Position numbers and translations under genes: made by a program. From NCBI GenBank assembly GCA_964035545.1, contig OZ037767.1, positions 26,800,628 to 26,864,627 of the forward strand: a DNA stretch of 64,000 nucleotides. The letters are read 5' to 3'. Below the pieces are notes generated by a model that worked only from the letters and a program-made list of their open reading frames with translations, had not been told where the DNA came from and did no database searches. This document shows positions 15,101-27,100 of the stretch, piece by piece (within the stretch, counting starts at the first letter, position 1; every line of letters begins with the position of its first letter). The stretch is from Bugula neritina (Eukaryota > Animalia > Bryozoa).

Positions 15101-18100
15101 GCAAAAGCTCAAGCGTTGTGGCTCATTTCAGCCAACATATTGAATTATGGAATATTGATTTGTCAAGCCATATTTGGTTTATTCCAGCTAGTGGTAAAGT
15201 CGATACATCTGCTGAAGAAAGTTGTATCAGTTTTCTCCAAAAGCAACTTGGCATATCGTCTTCACGGGCTCAACCAATCAGCCAGCAAGTAACTGTAGGA
15301 GAAACGGAGTTTTCTATTGGACCGTTCTCAATACCACTTGGTAAATCACTTGGAATATATGAATTTGTTACATTTAAAACACTAGTGCGAGTTTAGTCTG
15401 AGAAATACACTACAAACTTGCTGTATAGGTGATGAGGACAGGGCACTTACTGGGTACACCCTGCAAGCTCCATCTACTAGTGCCAACTGCCTCAGACTAT
15501 TGCGTGGTCTGCAGCTGCACAAACCAATCTTACTAGAAGGATCTCCTGGGGTGGGAAAAACTTCTCTTGTAACAGCTTTGGCCAAGGCTAGTGGCCACCG
15601 TATTGTCAGAATCAACTTGTCACAGCAGACGGTAAGCTTTCTCCAGCAATGTTATTAGTTGCTGTATCAATGTATAGTAGTTATTATGGTGAGGAAGACA
15701 TCAGCTATGAAAGCTACAAGTTTACAGCTTAGCTTGTTGTTGGCAGTCATATTTGTAAACTGCTACCAGTTGTAGAAGTAGTTGCAGGTGTGGTGAATTC
15801 ATGAGGGTGTTAATGTGTTGGTAGTTGTGAATATAGCATATGAAGTGTAGGTTCTGCTACACTGAATAGTAGTTTGCATGTAGTATGCATATAAACTGTA
15901 ATTTCTGCTATGTTGAAGGATATTGCTGATTTATTTGGGGCTGATCTGCCTGTGGAAGGAGGTTTGGCTGGTCAGTTCTCATGGAGAGATGGACTCTTTC
16001 TACAAGCTCTGAAAGCAGGCCACTGGGTCGTGCTAGATGAGGTAAACCGCCGTCTATTGTCTCTAATAATGGAACTCTTCAAACGTTTACCGAATTAATT
16101 GATGTTTACTGAGTTAATTGAACTGTTTTACTGGAAATAATGTAATAAGTTGGCCATGTTGGACTGCACTGTGTAAATCTCTGTTACAATTTCAGCTGAA
16201 TCTGGCATCACAGTCGGTTCTGGAGGGCCTGAATGCATGCTTTGACCACAGAGCCGAGGTGTTTGTGCCTGAGTTGTCTAAAACCTTTCACATTCAGCAT
16301 GAGAAAGTCAAGATATTCGCTTGTCAGAACCCACTGAAGCAAGGCGGGGGCAGGCAAGGCCTCCCTCAGTCATTCCTCAACAGATTCACTCAGGTAACTT
16401 CTTAGTGTGCTCTTTGTGAACAATTTAGTTGAATAGTTTTGTTAATCAACGACATCTTCCTATGAATTTTGCTGTTTTAGGTTTACGTTAGTGAGATGGA
16501 GAGTAGAGATCAAGAGTTTATTACATGCTCAATGTATCCAGATATTCCTAGAGATCTTGTAAAGCAAATGGTTCTCATAATCACCCAAGTAAGCTTGTGT
16601 AACCTTACTAATTACAAGCTGTCATTGTGCCAATTTTTTTTCCTTATTTTGCTGTTCTACTTTATGTTTTTTTTCATGCTGTTTAGTTACAGAAAATGCC
16701 GGTAAACTGAAATAAATTCAATCAAAACATTCAAATTAATGAAGCCTCCTGATTCTAGAAGACCTACTGCATTATTTTTTGTGAAAGGTTTTACACTATG
16801 TACTGACATAATGCTGATACAAAGCAAATACAGTTAGAATTGTGCCAAATTTTTTAATTCAATACACTAACATTTCCTTGCAGATGATAGATGCTGGTTT
16901 ACCAGGAGAGTATAACCTGAGAGACATATTCAGATGGTGTGACCTCATTAAAAGACAGCAGGTAGCCAACTACATTCCGTTCTCATATTGAAGTAGGGTT
17001 TGTGTCTGTAACCAATGACTATATATCTGTTGTGTGCTGATTTTCAGGTCGAGGGCTCATATAACCTCCAGGAACACTTTAGCCTGTTGTTCATACAAGC
17101 TCTTAGAGTGTCGTCTGTGTACTGTGAAACAGCATATTCAATATTTGAGAAGGTTACGGGATCAGAGGCTAGGCACAGTCACGTGACTGAAAGAAGGTTT
17201 CATTTAACTGATAGCCATCTAGTGGTAAGAATATCTTATTTAGAATATTTCACCCCTAACTAATTTACTCGCAATAGCTTGTTGTTTCATAGCACAGGCT
17301 GCTTATCCAAATGCTGGCAGGTTGCTAATGCATACAAAGTTGGCGTTTTCCTGTCTCAAACACGAATACATTTTTGCATGTACTCCTTAATATCAAAAGC
17401 TAAATTTTAATGTCAGTATAGTGCATACTACAATGTTTTCTGTACATGTCATCATCTAGAATATCAAAAGGAACTTTGCGTAGATGTCAGCTTTCCAACT
17501 GGTATTATTTCTTTAAGAATATTGCTATCTGTTTATAGTAACTTTTCATAACTTATCACAAATGTATCCATAGACTTGAACACAGTTAGGAATTGGAATA
17601 AATGCTTTGGTTGTGCTTACTGGGCTTGTCTTCTTGAACAAAAAAGTTATTGTTATCTTTTCACTGCAGCTTATATCTTACTATTTTATTTATATAAGTT
17701 TTGAACTGCAGATTGGTAACATGATAATGGAAAGAAGGGATAATCAGTCGATGGAGGGCAACCAGGCCTGTATACTACACAAGCAATTACCTGGTCTGGA
17801 ATACCTCGCCACTTGCATGCATATGGGATGGATGGCAATTCTAGTGAGTCATATTATGCAGCCTAGTGTAGGAAAGTGGCAGTCAAGTGAAAAGAGTGGA
17901 ATTTACAAATGCGAATATTGAATCATAATCGTTAATAAGTTTAATTTGTTGTAGTTTGATACATTAATCAAGTTTGCAGTTTGATAGTTTCTTTTTAAAT
18001 GTGAAAATTTCATCAAAAGATTTTTTTTGGGTAAATCTGTTAGTATAAGGGGAGTTATGTTTTCTACATATAGGATGGCCCTGAATGCAGTGGGAAATCT

Positions 18101-21100
18101 ACTGTTGCTCATGTACTCAGCAATTTAATTGGTGAGGATTTGAAGATATTTACTATGAACAGTGCTATGGACACAACAGACCTGCTGGGTGGATTTGAAC
18201 AGGTCAGTTTCTCTGTATTATACATGCAAGGGAATGCAATTACCATAATTTATTAGCCAGCCACTTTAGGAAGCTATTCAGGTCAATACAAACTTCAGTC
18301 ACTAAGAAAAAAATGATAAATTTTACAATATTTTTTTTCTGAATCAACTGCTAACGCTATAGCTCTGAAAAATCGTGTCAATTTAAATTTTTTTTTCTTT
18401 GGAAATTGAAAATACATGTTATATTAGGTATGAATGGGTCCTATAACATCTAAACCCATTCTTGCTGCCCTCTATGAGGCCCAAACTCTTTGTGGATTTC
18501 TATTGGCACAGATATTAGTGTAATGGCGCTGCCAGCTAGAAATATGCTGGTGCTGCTGCTACTGTTGTCTTCATTGACGTTATTTGGGGAAGTCATGCTG
18601 CTGCTGCCGCTTTCATCTACTGGCTCTATCCTGTTTGTATCAGCTGGAAACACCTTCTCACATTGTGTGCACATGTCATTTGGTATAGTTATACTTTTTC
18701 CAACAGCGGATCCACATATGTGTAGGTTAGGATCGTCTAGATCAATGAGGTAGTTGTTGTTGTGGGTAGGTTCCATGGTTTTTCTATGGTGAGGGATTTT
18801 TCTATAGGCTGTCAATTTGGAGTCCAAAGGTTGTCCGTGGCTGCCATGGTGTGTTAGGTCAATGCTCTTTGATGTTGTTAGTTTTTTCTTAGATGGCAAC
18901 ATTCTTGCTTTTTCAATTCTAGAAAGTAAATCACAATTGTCTACACCAGCCATTCACCCTTTACAAGATTTAATTTATTTGAACGTTTGGGGCTCTCTAC
19001 CTTTTGTAATATTTAATTCATATTAAAACTCCAGTAGTTTTTTATTTTATTTTATGTTTTATTTCGTTTTATAACTTACTGCCTCAATTGTTTGTCTTCA
19101 AGATTTTCTTGTCTAGGATTTTCTAGTTTGTTACTGTTGCTAGTTGTAGAAGTATTGTGAAGACAATTTCCATTCTTCATGCAAACGTCTTTTTTCTCAA
19201 ACTTTCTCTCTGACAAACTTTCATCTAGTAAACTGCTCGGGTTGCCCGTCATCCCATTGCAGTTGTCCGTTGTTGGTTTTTGGTTCAAGATATTGATAGT
19301 GGTTGCAGACTTACTGGTAGTGCTGTGGCATTCATTGGTCATGCATGAACCTAGTTGAGACCAAAAGCTATAGAAGAAAATGTAAATTGGTTCTCAGACT
19401 ACGTTATTGCAACCAGACATACAAAAAGTAGAAATTTAGTTGCTTCTATCTTGATGTTATCCTCAAGGTTTTAAGCAATGAAAGTATGGCAAAATGCTAT
19501 TGACACACAACAGCTTGCAGCAGACTTGATATGCTGCACATCTTTGGCAAGATTATTATAACCATATATAGAAATGCTGACTTTGCTTTGCCGTGGGGAA
19601 TTTTTTCAAGTTGGAAAATATTGCATGACTATAGTATAATTGCAAAAGTTTCAGACACAATTTAGCCAAATATATAAACATTTCTGTGTTCTAACCATCA
19701 ACAACTAACTGAAAGCTCAATTTTTGTTGTTGATGTAAAATATTGAACATCATCATATTAAATGTACAGTACAGATATCAATTTTACTCAATGTGCTGAA
19801 ATAAAATGGTGAAGGATTTTTATTTACTGAATGTTGCTTCTATACCTGATGATAGATGATGGTGGCAATCATATGCTGGTCTCACATCTAGGCTGTTTGG
19901 TCTATGGCTTCCTTGCAGCTGACTTTCAGATCCCCTGTGGGGGACCTTTGGACTACTAGTAGAGCTTGAAACCATTCTCTCCGTTTCTGTTCCTGGCATG
20001 CTGGGCTTGAACTTCTAACATTTATAGATTAGTTCTATTTGGCATAGTTCTTTTTATAAAAGAGCATTGTCAATGACATATTTAAATGTTAGCTTGAGGT
20101 ATTTCTGGATCTAGTTTATTAAAATGAATCGCCTACCTGACCAAATTCATAGTTATAAGAGGCGAAGAATATCGGAGTCAAAGATGAATGGCACCAAGAA
20201 GTAACTGTTAGTGTCTCGTAATAAATTGGCTACAATGGAACATATCAGGACACTCAAAACTCTACTAATAAACTTGTTCTCATGCAAATAAATGTTGGAA
20301 TTTTTCATAAGCTCCAAGGCATACCTTGACATTGAAATATGGATCAGATATGGTGAGTATGAAAAGTGGAAACCAGAAAAGAAAGAAAGTTGTCAACATA
20401 AGTGCTAGCACATAAAGGTTTTTCCTTGCTACACGAATAGACACATCATCCTTCAATCGACAGCCAGTAGGGGCGCCGCTATATCTGGCCACATTCATTT
20501 CCATCATCTGATGAAATAGTGTTGCTATTCGATAATGCTTTCTGCAAAATTAATTCATATATATCAAATTTAACTGGGTATTTTATGCCCCTCCAGTAGA
20601 AAGGCATAAACCAATTGTGCATACCATTTCGTGTTTCAAACCTAACTCTAAAAACATGTAATACATACAAAACAGTTGATTATAAGACCCCCCTCTTTTC
20701 AGCATGATGTTTAGACTATATATAATCAGGTTACTTGCCTGTTCCTGATTTTATTTCTAAACTTCCATAGATATACGGCCGTTAAGATAAGGGAGAGAGC
20801 TATGAGAGCAATCCACAGTATATGAAGCAGATAATTCCCTGTTAATCCATACATGAAAGTACAAAAGCCAACCTGTAATTAATATTCATGGTGAAAGCTT
20901 TTGTATGAAAATCAAAGCATATTGACAAGAAGTCTACCAGTTGAAATTTTCTTAAGAATATTCTATGCCTAGTTTACGAAATAGCTTTATTAAAATATTG
21001 GCTTGCTCCAAAAGCAACTTTGAGAGATAAAATCAAAGTTAAATATTATTTTGGGAACTCATTGGCCTTTGTCGATAAATCAAAAGATCAACGTCGTCTA

Positions 21101-24100
21101 CTCTTTCATTTTAATCTTCTGCTGCTGGTTTAATTTAGCTGGGTAATTTGCATAAATCCAAGACTCTATTCATTATATGAAACAGTTATTAATGACTCTC
21201 TGCCAGTAATTAATGGTTCAATGTTTCTAAAATGAAGTGATGCTCATACTAAGGATGATAATTTTAATGGAAATGAAGGTTTTCAAACAGGAAAGTGTTT
21301 GACAGCAGGGTTGAATGACACTGATATTATGTAATTAGAGTCAAAGCTATACAGCATTTCCAAGCTGGTTATCTTAGGAACGATCTTAATGAACTTTTTA
21401 ATAGATTTACTTCTAACATCATAATAGGAAAGCAAGAATTTGTTATGGGATTATATTTACAAAAATAGATACACTTACTGCAAAGCCTGGGATAATACTT
21501 GCTAGTAACAGGCAGTTTGTGAAACAGTGGAAATTAATTCATTCATATATTATATTTATAATTATAAATCAATAAGCTGTTAGGGAATTATATGGTTTAC
21601 TTCATAGTATATTCTCACCGGTCTATCAAAGGATGGATTACTCGGTAGAAAAGCTACTCCTAAGTTGACAATGATACTTGCAAACCAAATGATGGAAAGT
21701 CCAAAGGCCACGCAGCATTTGTTGTTGGGCTGTATGCCCATTACCGTGTTGGTAAAGTGATAGATTTCATTGATTGCGATTGCTAAGATGTTGAAGGCTG
21801 AGGTCGTGACAAAGACTATATAGGAGGCACTGAGCAGTGGACAGTCGGAAAGGGTGTCTTTGCTCAGTAAACTCTGTAACATTAAGTATAAATATTAAGT
21901 ATCACAATATCATTCAACTCTCAAACTAGTTATAGTGAATTGGCTAATAACTAGAGCTATTTTAAAGGGAAAAACACAGAAAACAAAATTAGGCATTCAT
22001 AATTTATGTAATCTGAAGAGAAGCTAGTACTCTTAACTCTAGATGAAAACAACACAGGTGTAGTAGCTCTTCAAGTTTAAGAATTTTATTTAGATTTCCG
22101 GTACAAATGGTGTGTGCTAAGCAGTCTTAAGCAATTGAAAACCTCATGTTTTATAATGGGTTGGAGGTGCAAAACTTCAATTCTAGGAATTTTTACGAGG
22201 GCCACCAGACTGTTTGAGTTATAAAGTCAAGTTATCTTCACAAGCCTGAGTTAAATACAAAGACGTGTTGATCTCTTTCTGATTGGAGTAGTATAGGCCT
22301 TAATTAACCAAACTGATGTGTATTTCCATCCTTTTTCTTGGCTACATTTGCACTATTCACTAGCTAGAGCTCCTTGTAGATCAACTAATTCGTAGTGCTT
22401 CAGTTTAATCGCAACCCATCTGCTAGTATCATGATCTGTTTAGCCTTAGCTCATATTTACAATATTCACTCCCAATCTAAACTCTACAGCAAATTAATGT
22501 GTTCTTACCCTGCTAAAAACTATGCAATATGCAGACTTTATGCCATCCAGCAGACATTGGTGTATGAGAAAAGAGTTTTGCGCTTTCTGTAGCCTTTTCA
22601 GGGATAACATAGTTAGTAGAACAGCACAGTTTCCTAACAATCCTAGCACTGAAAATATTAGTAGTGCGGCAGCTCTATTTTCAGCATATTCCGGGCTCAA
22701 TATCTGGCTTGAAATCTCATTCCTTAGCATTGCGCTACCAACTTTGTCATATGGTTGGCTCGGGTTTATAGTCTTGTCTGCCTCTTGCATAGATCCCACC
22801 TGACTCATCGTCAGCTCCTTGACTCTCACCTAAACCTTTGTCAGAATCTGCAAAGATAATTTCTTCGATTGCTGCTAGTAATATGTAAACATGCACATTG
22901 TACTGAGATACCTACATTGTAAAACTCTGGTGATTAGCTGTTGACGGCTAGCGGTGCAAGAATTATTTTGTGGAAAGTTGCACCGTGTAATCTTTTTTGA
23001 GCTTGGCAAAGTTGACCAAATCTCACATGCAAAGGCTAACAGAAATGTCACGTAATTATCTAATATGTTGTAATATAAAAATTTTTAATGTAAACAATTT
23101 AAGTAAAATGCCATAAAACTATGTGTAAAAACTTACTTCACAGTCTAGAGAAATGTTCTTGATTCTTATGTTTGAAGAGCTGTCGTTCTATAATCTAAGC
23201 TAGAAGCTTTTAGCGCTCCGAACACCATTTCATATACTGTGCATAGAATTGAATATCATAAACACTGTATATAAATCAATGTAATTAATATATACATATT
23301 AGTATACGGAATATGTGTATACAGTAAATCAATGTTATATACACTAACTATGTATATTATACAGTAAATCAATGCTTTATATCCCTACAAATACTCATGC
23401 ATGGCAGTGACTGAGCAGCTGTTTGCTGCGACATGTATGTCTACTGTGAGCTATTCATAAGTCTAATTATGATAATTATATCTCTCACGATGATAGTACA
23501 CCCTTCTCTCTATCTGTTGAGTACAGTCATTGATTATTCTAATAATAAATGTAATCCTAGCTAATTCTAGTTTTTTTCTCTGAAGGCATTTTCTACAACT
23601 TCAATTAAATTAAGTGTAAAAATTCAGCTAACTTGTACTTCATAATCTTATAACCTTTGACCTCCTGCAATGTAAAAATTAATTAAATTTTTATTAGCAG
23701 CAGGGAGATTTACTATAAAACTATATTATGTTAAAATGCACGAGAAAAACACTCTAAAGGGCAGAAAACAGTTCTTACTCTCTGTCATAGAGTGATGTGG
23801 ACATAGAACTTGCTGTTTAGAATACTTATTTCATATGAGCTGTTTTTGTAAAGAGTTGTTATAAATTGTTTCAAATTAACACTTTTAGAAATTGTCTCAC
23901 CATTTCATTGTTGCAGACATGTTTGACTTTTGTCATGAATTATTTGGAGTGGCATTCAGCATTTAACTTCCAGGTTGCTGAGTTAAATTATTTTACTGTT
24001 CATCATAATCAACTTGTAACGCAATTGGCTAAGCCACTTTAGCAACTTTAGCAACTCATTAACTACCCCAAATTATTGATTTTGCATTATTTTAAACTAA

Positions 24101-27100
24101 CTTAATTTCATTTATTTTGCTAATTATATTTTCAATTGATTGATCTTGCTAGTTATTTACACTCACTCTATGAAATGCTAAATGAGTGTTTATACATGTA
24201 AGTCACATGATCACAATCACATGACCACGATCACATGACCACAATGGTGGTTTTTTTCAAATTATTCAATTCACCAGAACTAAATCACACCACCAGCTGA
24301 TTTTAATGGTGCAATCACACTTTCTAAAAACTTCTGCAAATGCTTAGAGTTATCTACCCTATCTAGTTGAGTAAACTACAAGACACAAGAAGTTAGGCTA
24401 TGACAATGTGTTGATAAACTTTGTTCATTTGGTGCAGGCTGATGTTAGCAGATCACTGGACAAACTGTGTGATGAGATAGCAGCTTATCTGTCTCCAAAA
24501 GTATCGCAACTCCTGATATCCAACTCTCAACTGTGTCTTACACTCATGTCACATGTGCATAGTCTGAGAACACAGTCTACCTTCTCACAAAAGTTATCTA
24601 TAGTTGAAAACCTGCTGTCCTTTACTCAGTCTAAACATGTTGTGTCTGCAGCAGGTTTGTACAGCTTCATAATATTTTGATGTAACCATGTATTTTTTAC
24701 ACAATGTTCTGGAATGGAATTTGTTTTTGCTTTTGTTTTAATATTGTACATGTTTGGAAGTATATTATGTTAATTTAAATGCTTTTGCAACCAGCAGCAG
24801 ATTTCCTAATGGCAACACATGTTTGTATCATTTTCACAGTATATAAAGATGACGAAGTGCTTTGCCGCTCACATAGTATGCTATCTTACATTATTACCGG
24901 CATTTTAAAAGGTATAGCAATGTTAAGCATCTTCGTGCCTCTTGGTGTCAAAAACAAGATGTAGATTTGGTGTTGTGGTTGTTTTGCTCATCTATTATAT
25001 AATGTTTTTTATTATAAGTTTTAATTTACTGAGTATATATAATTTACTGAGTTTGCGAGAAAAGATGACTGTTACGCTGTCACACTCCAGCAGGCGAGCT
25101 GATACAGTAGTCTAATATCATTTAGCACGTATAACAAAACTACTCGTATATCTAATCTACAGAACTCAGTGAATGGCAGACCTCATTGCAACTTCTGAAG
25201 AAGCGAGTCACACATGAAGGCGTGTCTACGAATGGCAGCTTTGAGTGGGTCGACAGCGTGCTGGTAGAAGCCGTCACTAGAGGGCACTGGCTACTAGTAG
25301 AGAATGCTCACATATGCAGGTATATACCTGGCGCTATATGAAACGTGTTGCAGTAATTAACTGCTGTCTTTGTAATGTTCATCAGTTATTATATATCCAC
25401 ATATTTTTATAGTATGGGCAGCATTTTATATTTCAAAGTGAAGATAACTCTTTTCTCAAAAGATCTGGTCTCTGAAACTGTTTGCTCATATTACTGTAAT
25501 CATTGTTATAGTATAGACAAGGATAATGTGGTGTATTGTCTAATATCTTAAGTCTGTTTTGTCATTTCAGTGCTTCTGTGTTGGACAGACTAAATAGCCT
25601 ACTTGAACCAAATGGCAGTCTGACCATAACAGAGAGGGGTGTACTGGATGGCCAGCCTGTGGTGATAAGACCCCATGCTAATTTCAGGTTCCTTCTTAAT
25701 TCTAACTTGCTTGGTTCTATAATAATGTCAATGGAAATTCTCAATCTTGATTTTAGATAATTCACAATTCGTAGTACCTAAAATTTGTTATTGTATGTTA
25801 TAAAAACTATTTTTCACTCATATTTAGCCTCTGTAATATCCTTTAGTTTTTATATAATATATGTTATGCTTTACGGCATTGGTAGGACATTTAACACTCA
25901 TGACATATTTGTGTAATATAGTTGATTTCTTTGAACTTTATTTCTAGGCTCATTCTCACCACAAACATGCAGTTAAGTGATCTCTCCAGAGCAATGAAGA
26001 ACAGGGGAGTTGTCATCTCCATGCTCCCTGCTTCAGACATAGAGGTCAGTCAGACAAACTGAATTCTATGTATATTATGACTAATTGGTTTGTCTTCTGG
26101 TATAAATAGAACTCATTTATAGTCGCAGTCCCTGTGAGAAACCCCTGAAGGAAAGAGTTTTTTTACTACGGGCTAAGGACTTTTTTATATGTGGTACAGG
26201 AGCAATAATGACTTGATGCTCTTCCTAAAGTCACCAATGGTCTTTATGGGGGTTCCATTCACTGACCAGTGCTCTAGCCATTAGACCACGGCTGCTCTCC
26301 TGTGTTCTGGTATAAATATTGTAGCGATCTTTGTGTAGGTTTAAAATAGACTGAATATTAATTGTTGACAACAAGCTCTAGTGAACCAGAAATATTTTAA
26401 TATATTTTTGTGACACTGCCCTGTAGAATACCGTGGTAGGATGAGAATGTATGCATGCACAGCTCATGTGTGTTGGCTTATGTTGTTGGGTTATTCCAAG
26501 TTAACGTAATTTGCTTTTGCAAGTGACAGACTGAACACCATCATGTAATCTAAATAGCAACAGAGCTGTGTGGAAGAACTAGTTGATTATATACTGTACT
26601 CGCTGCACCTATATTATGCTGTTAATTTCAAATCCTCAGGTTCAACCAGCAGATGACCAGCTCTATGATTTGATTGGCTTATCCCCTTCATTGAGGGAAG
26701 TGTTTAGACGAGAACACTCAGAGTTATGGAGTGGGCGGAGACAACTTAGCAATCAGATATTATATGAAAGAGTTAAACTCTTCCTTTCCTATTACCAAAG
26801 AGGTTTTAGTGTTGAACAATCAGTTCATTCTTCTAGACGACTATATCTGTACCACTGTGAACATCTACCAGAGGTATTTCTGTTATATATACCAATAAAG
26901 AACGTTAATAATCTATGTTTGCTCAAGTTTACTGAATGCCTCATAAGCTGCCTGTCATAGTTTCAACGCTTTCTAGTAAATTCTATGCATCTATACTGAA
27001 GGAGGGGGAGGGGGGGGGGGAGTAGACATACATATGTTGAAATTTATATCGGCACTATTTGCCAATACATTTCCTGTGCATTAAATGGAAACATTTCAAA

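Larger units (their letters stand above)
2655..26044 (+). other. MDN1 AAA ring region (modules D1-D6), spread over many exons
   Basis: Six tandem P-loop modules, each with Walker A, D(T/S)xDLLG-type, F.W..G.L, Walker B and NP...G...L...(F/L)..RF motifs. D6 Walker B is degenerate (LLVENAH), as is usual for midasin D6. Confidence 0.93.

Noticed and set aside
18490-18753. Hydrophobic + strand ORFs inside the large MDN1 intron (also 22522-22803 and 45919-46119)
   Set aside because: Antisense shadows of the nested - strand coding exons.
26260-26300. tRNA gene
   Set aside because: Only the 5' arm/A box is present, with no T-arm/B box. The flanking TSD favours a SINE.
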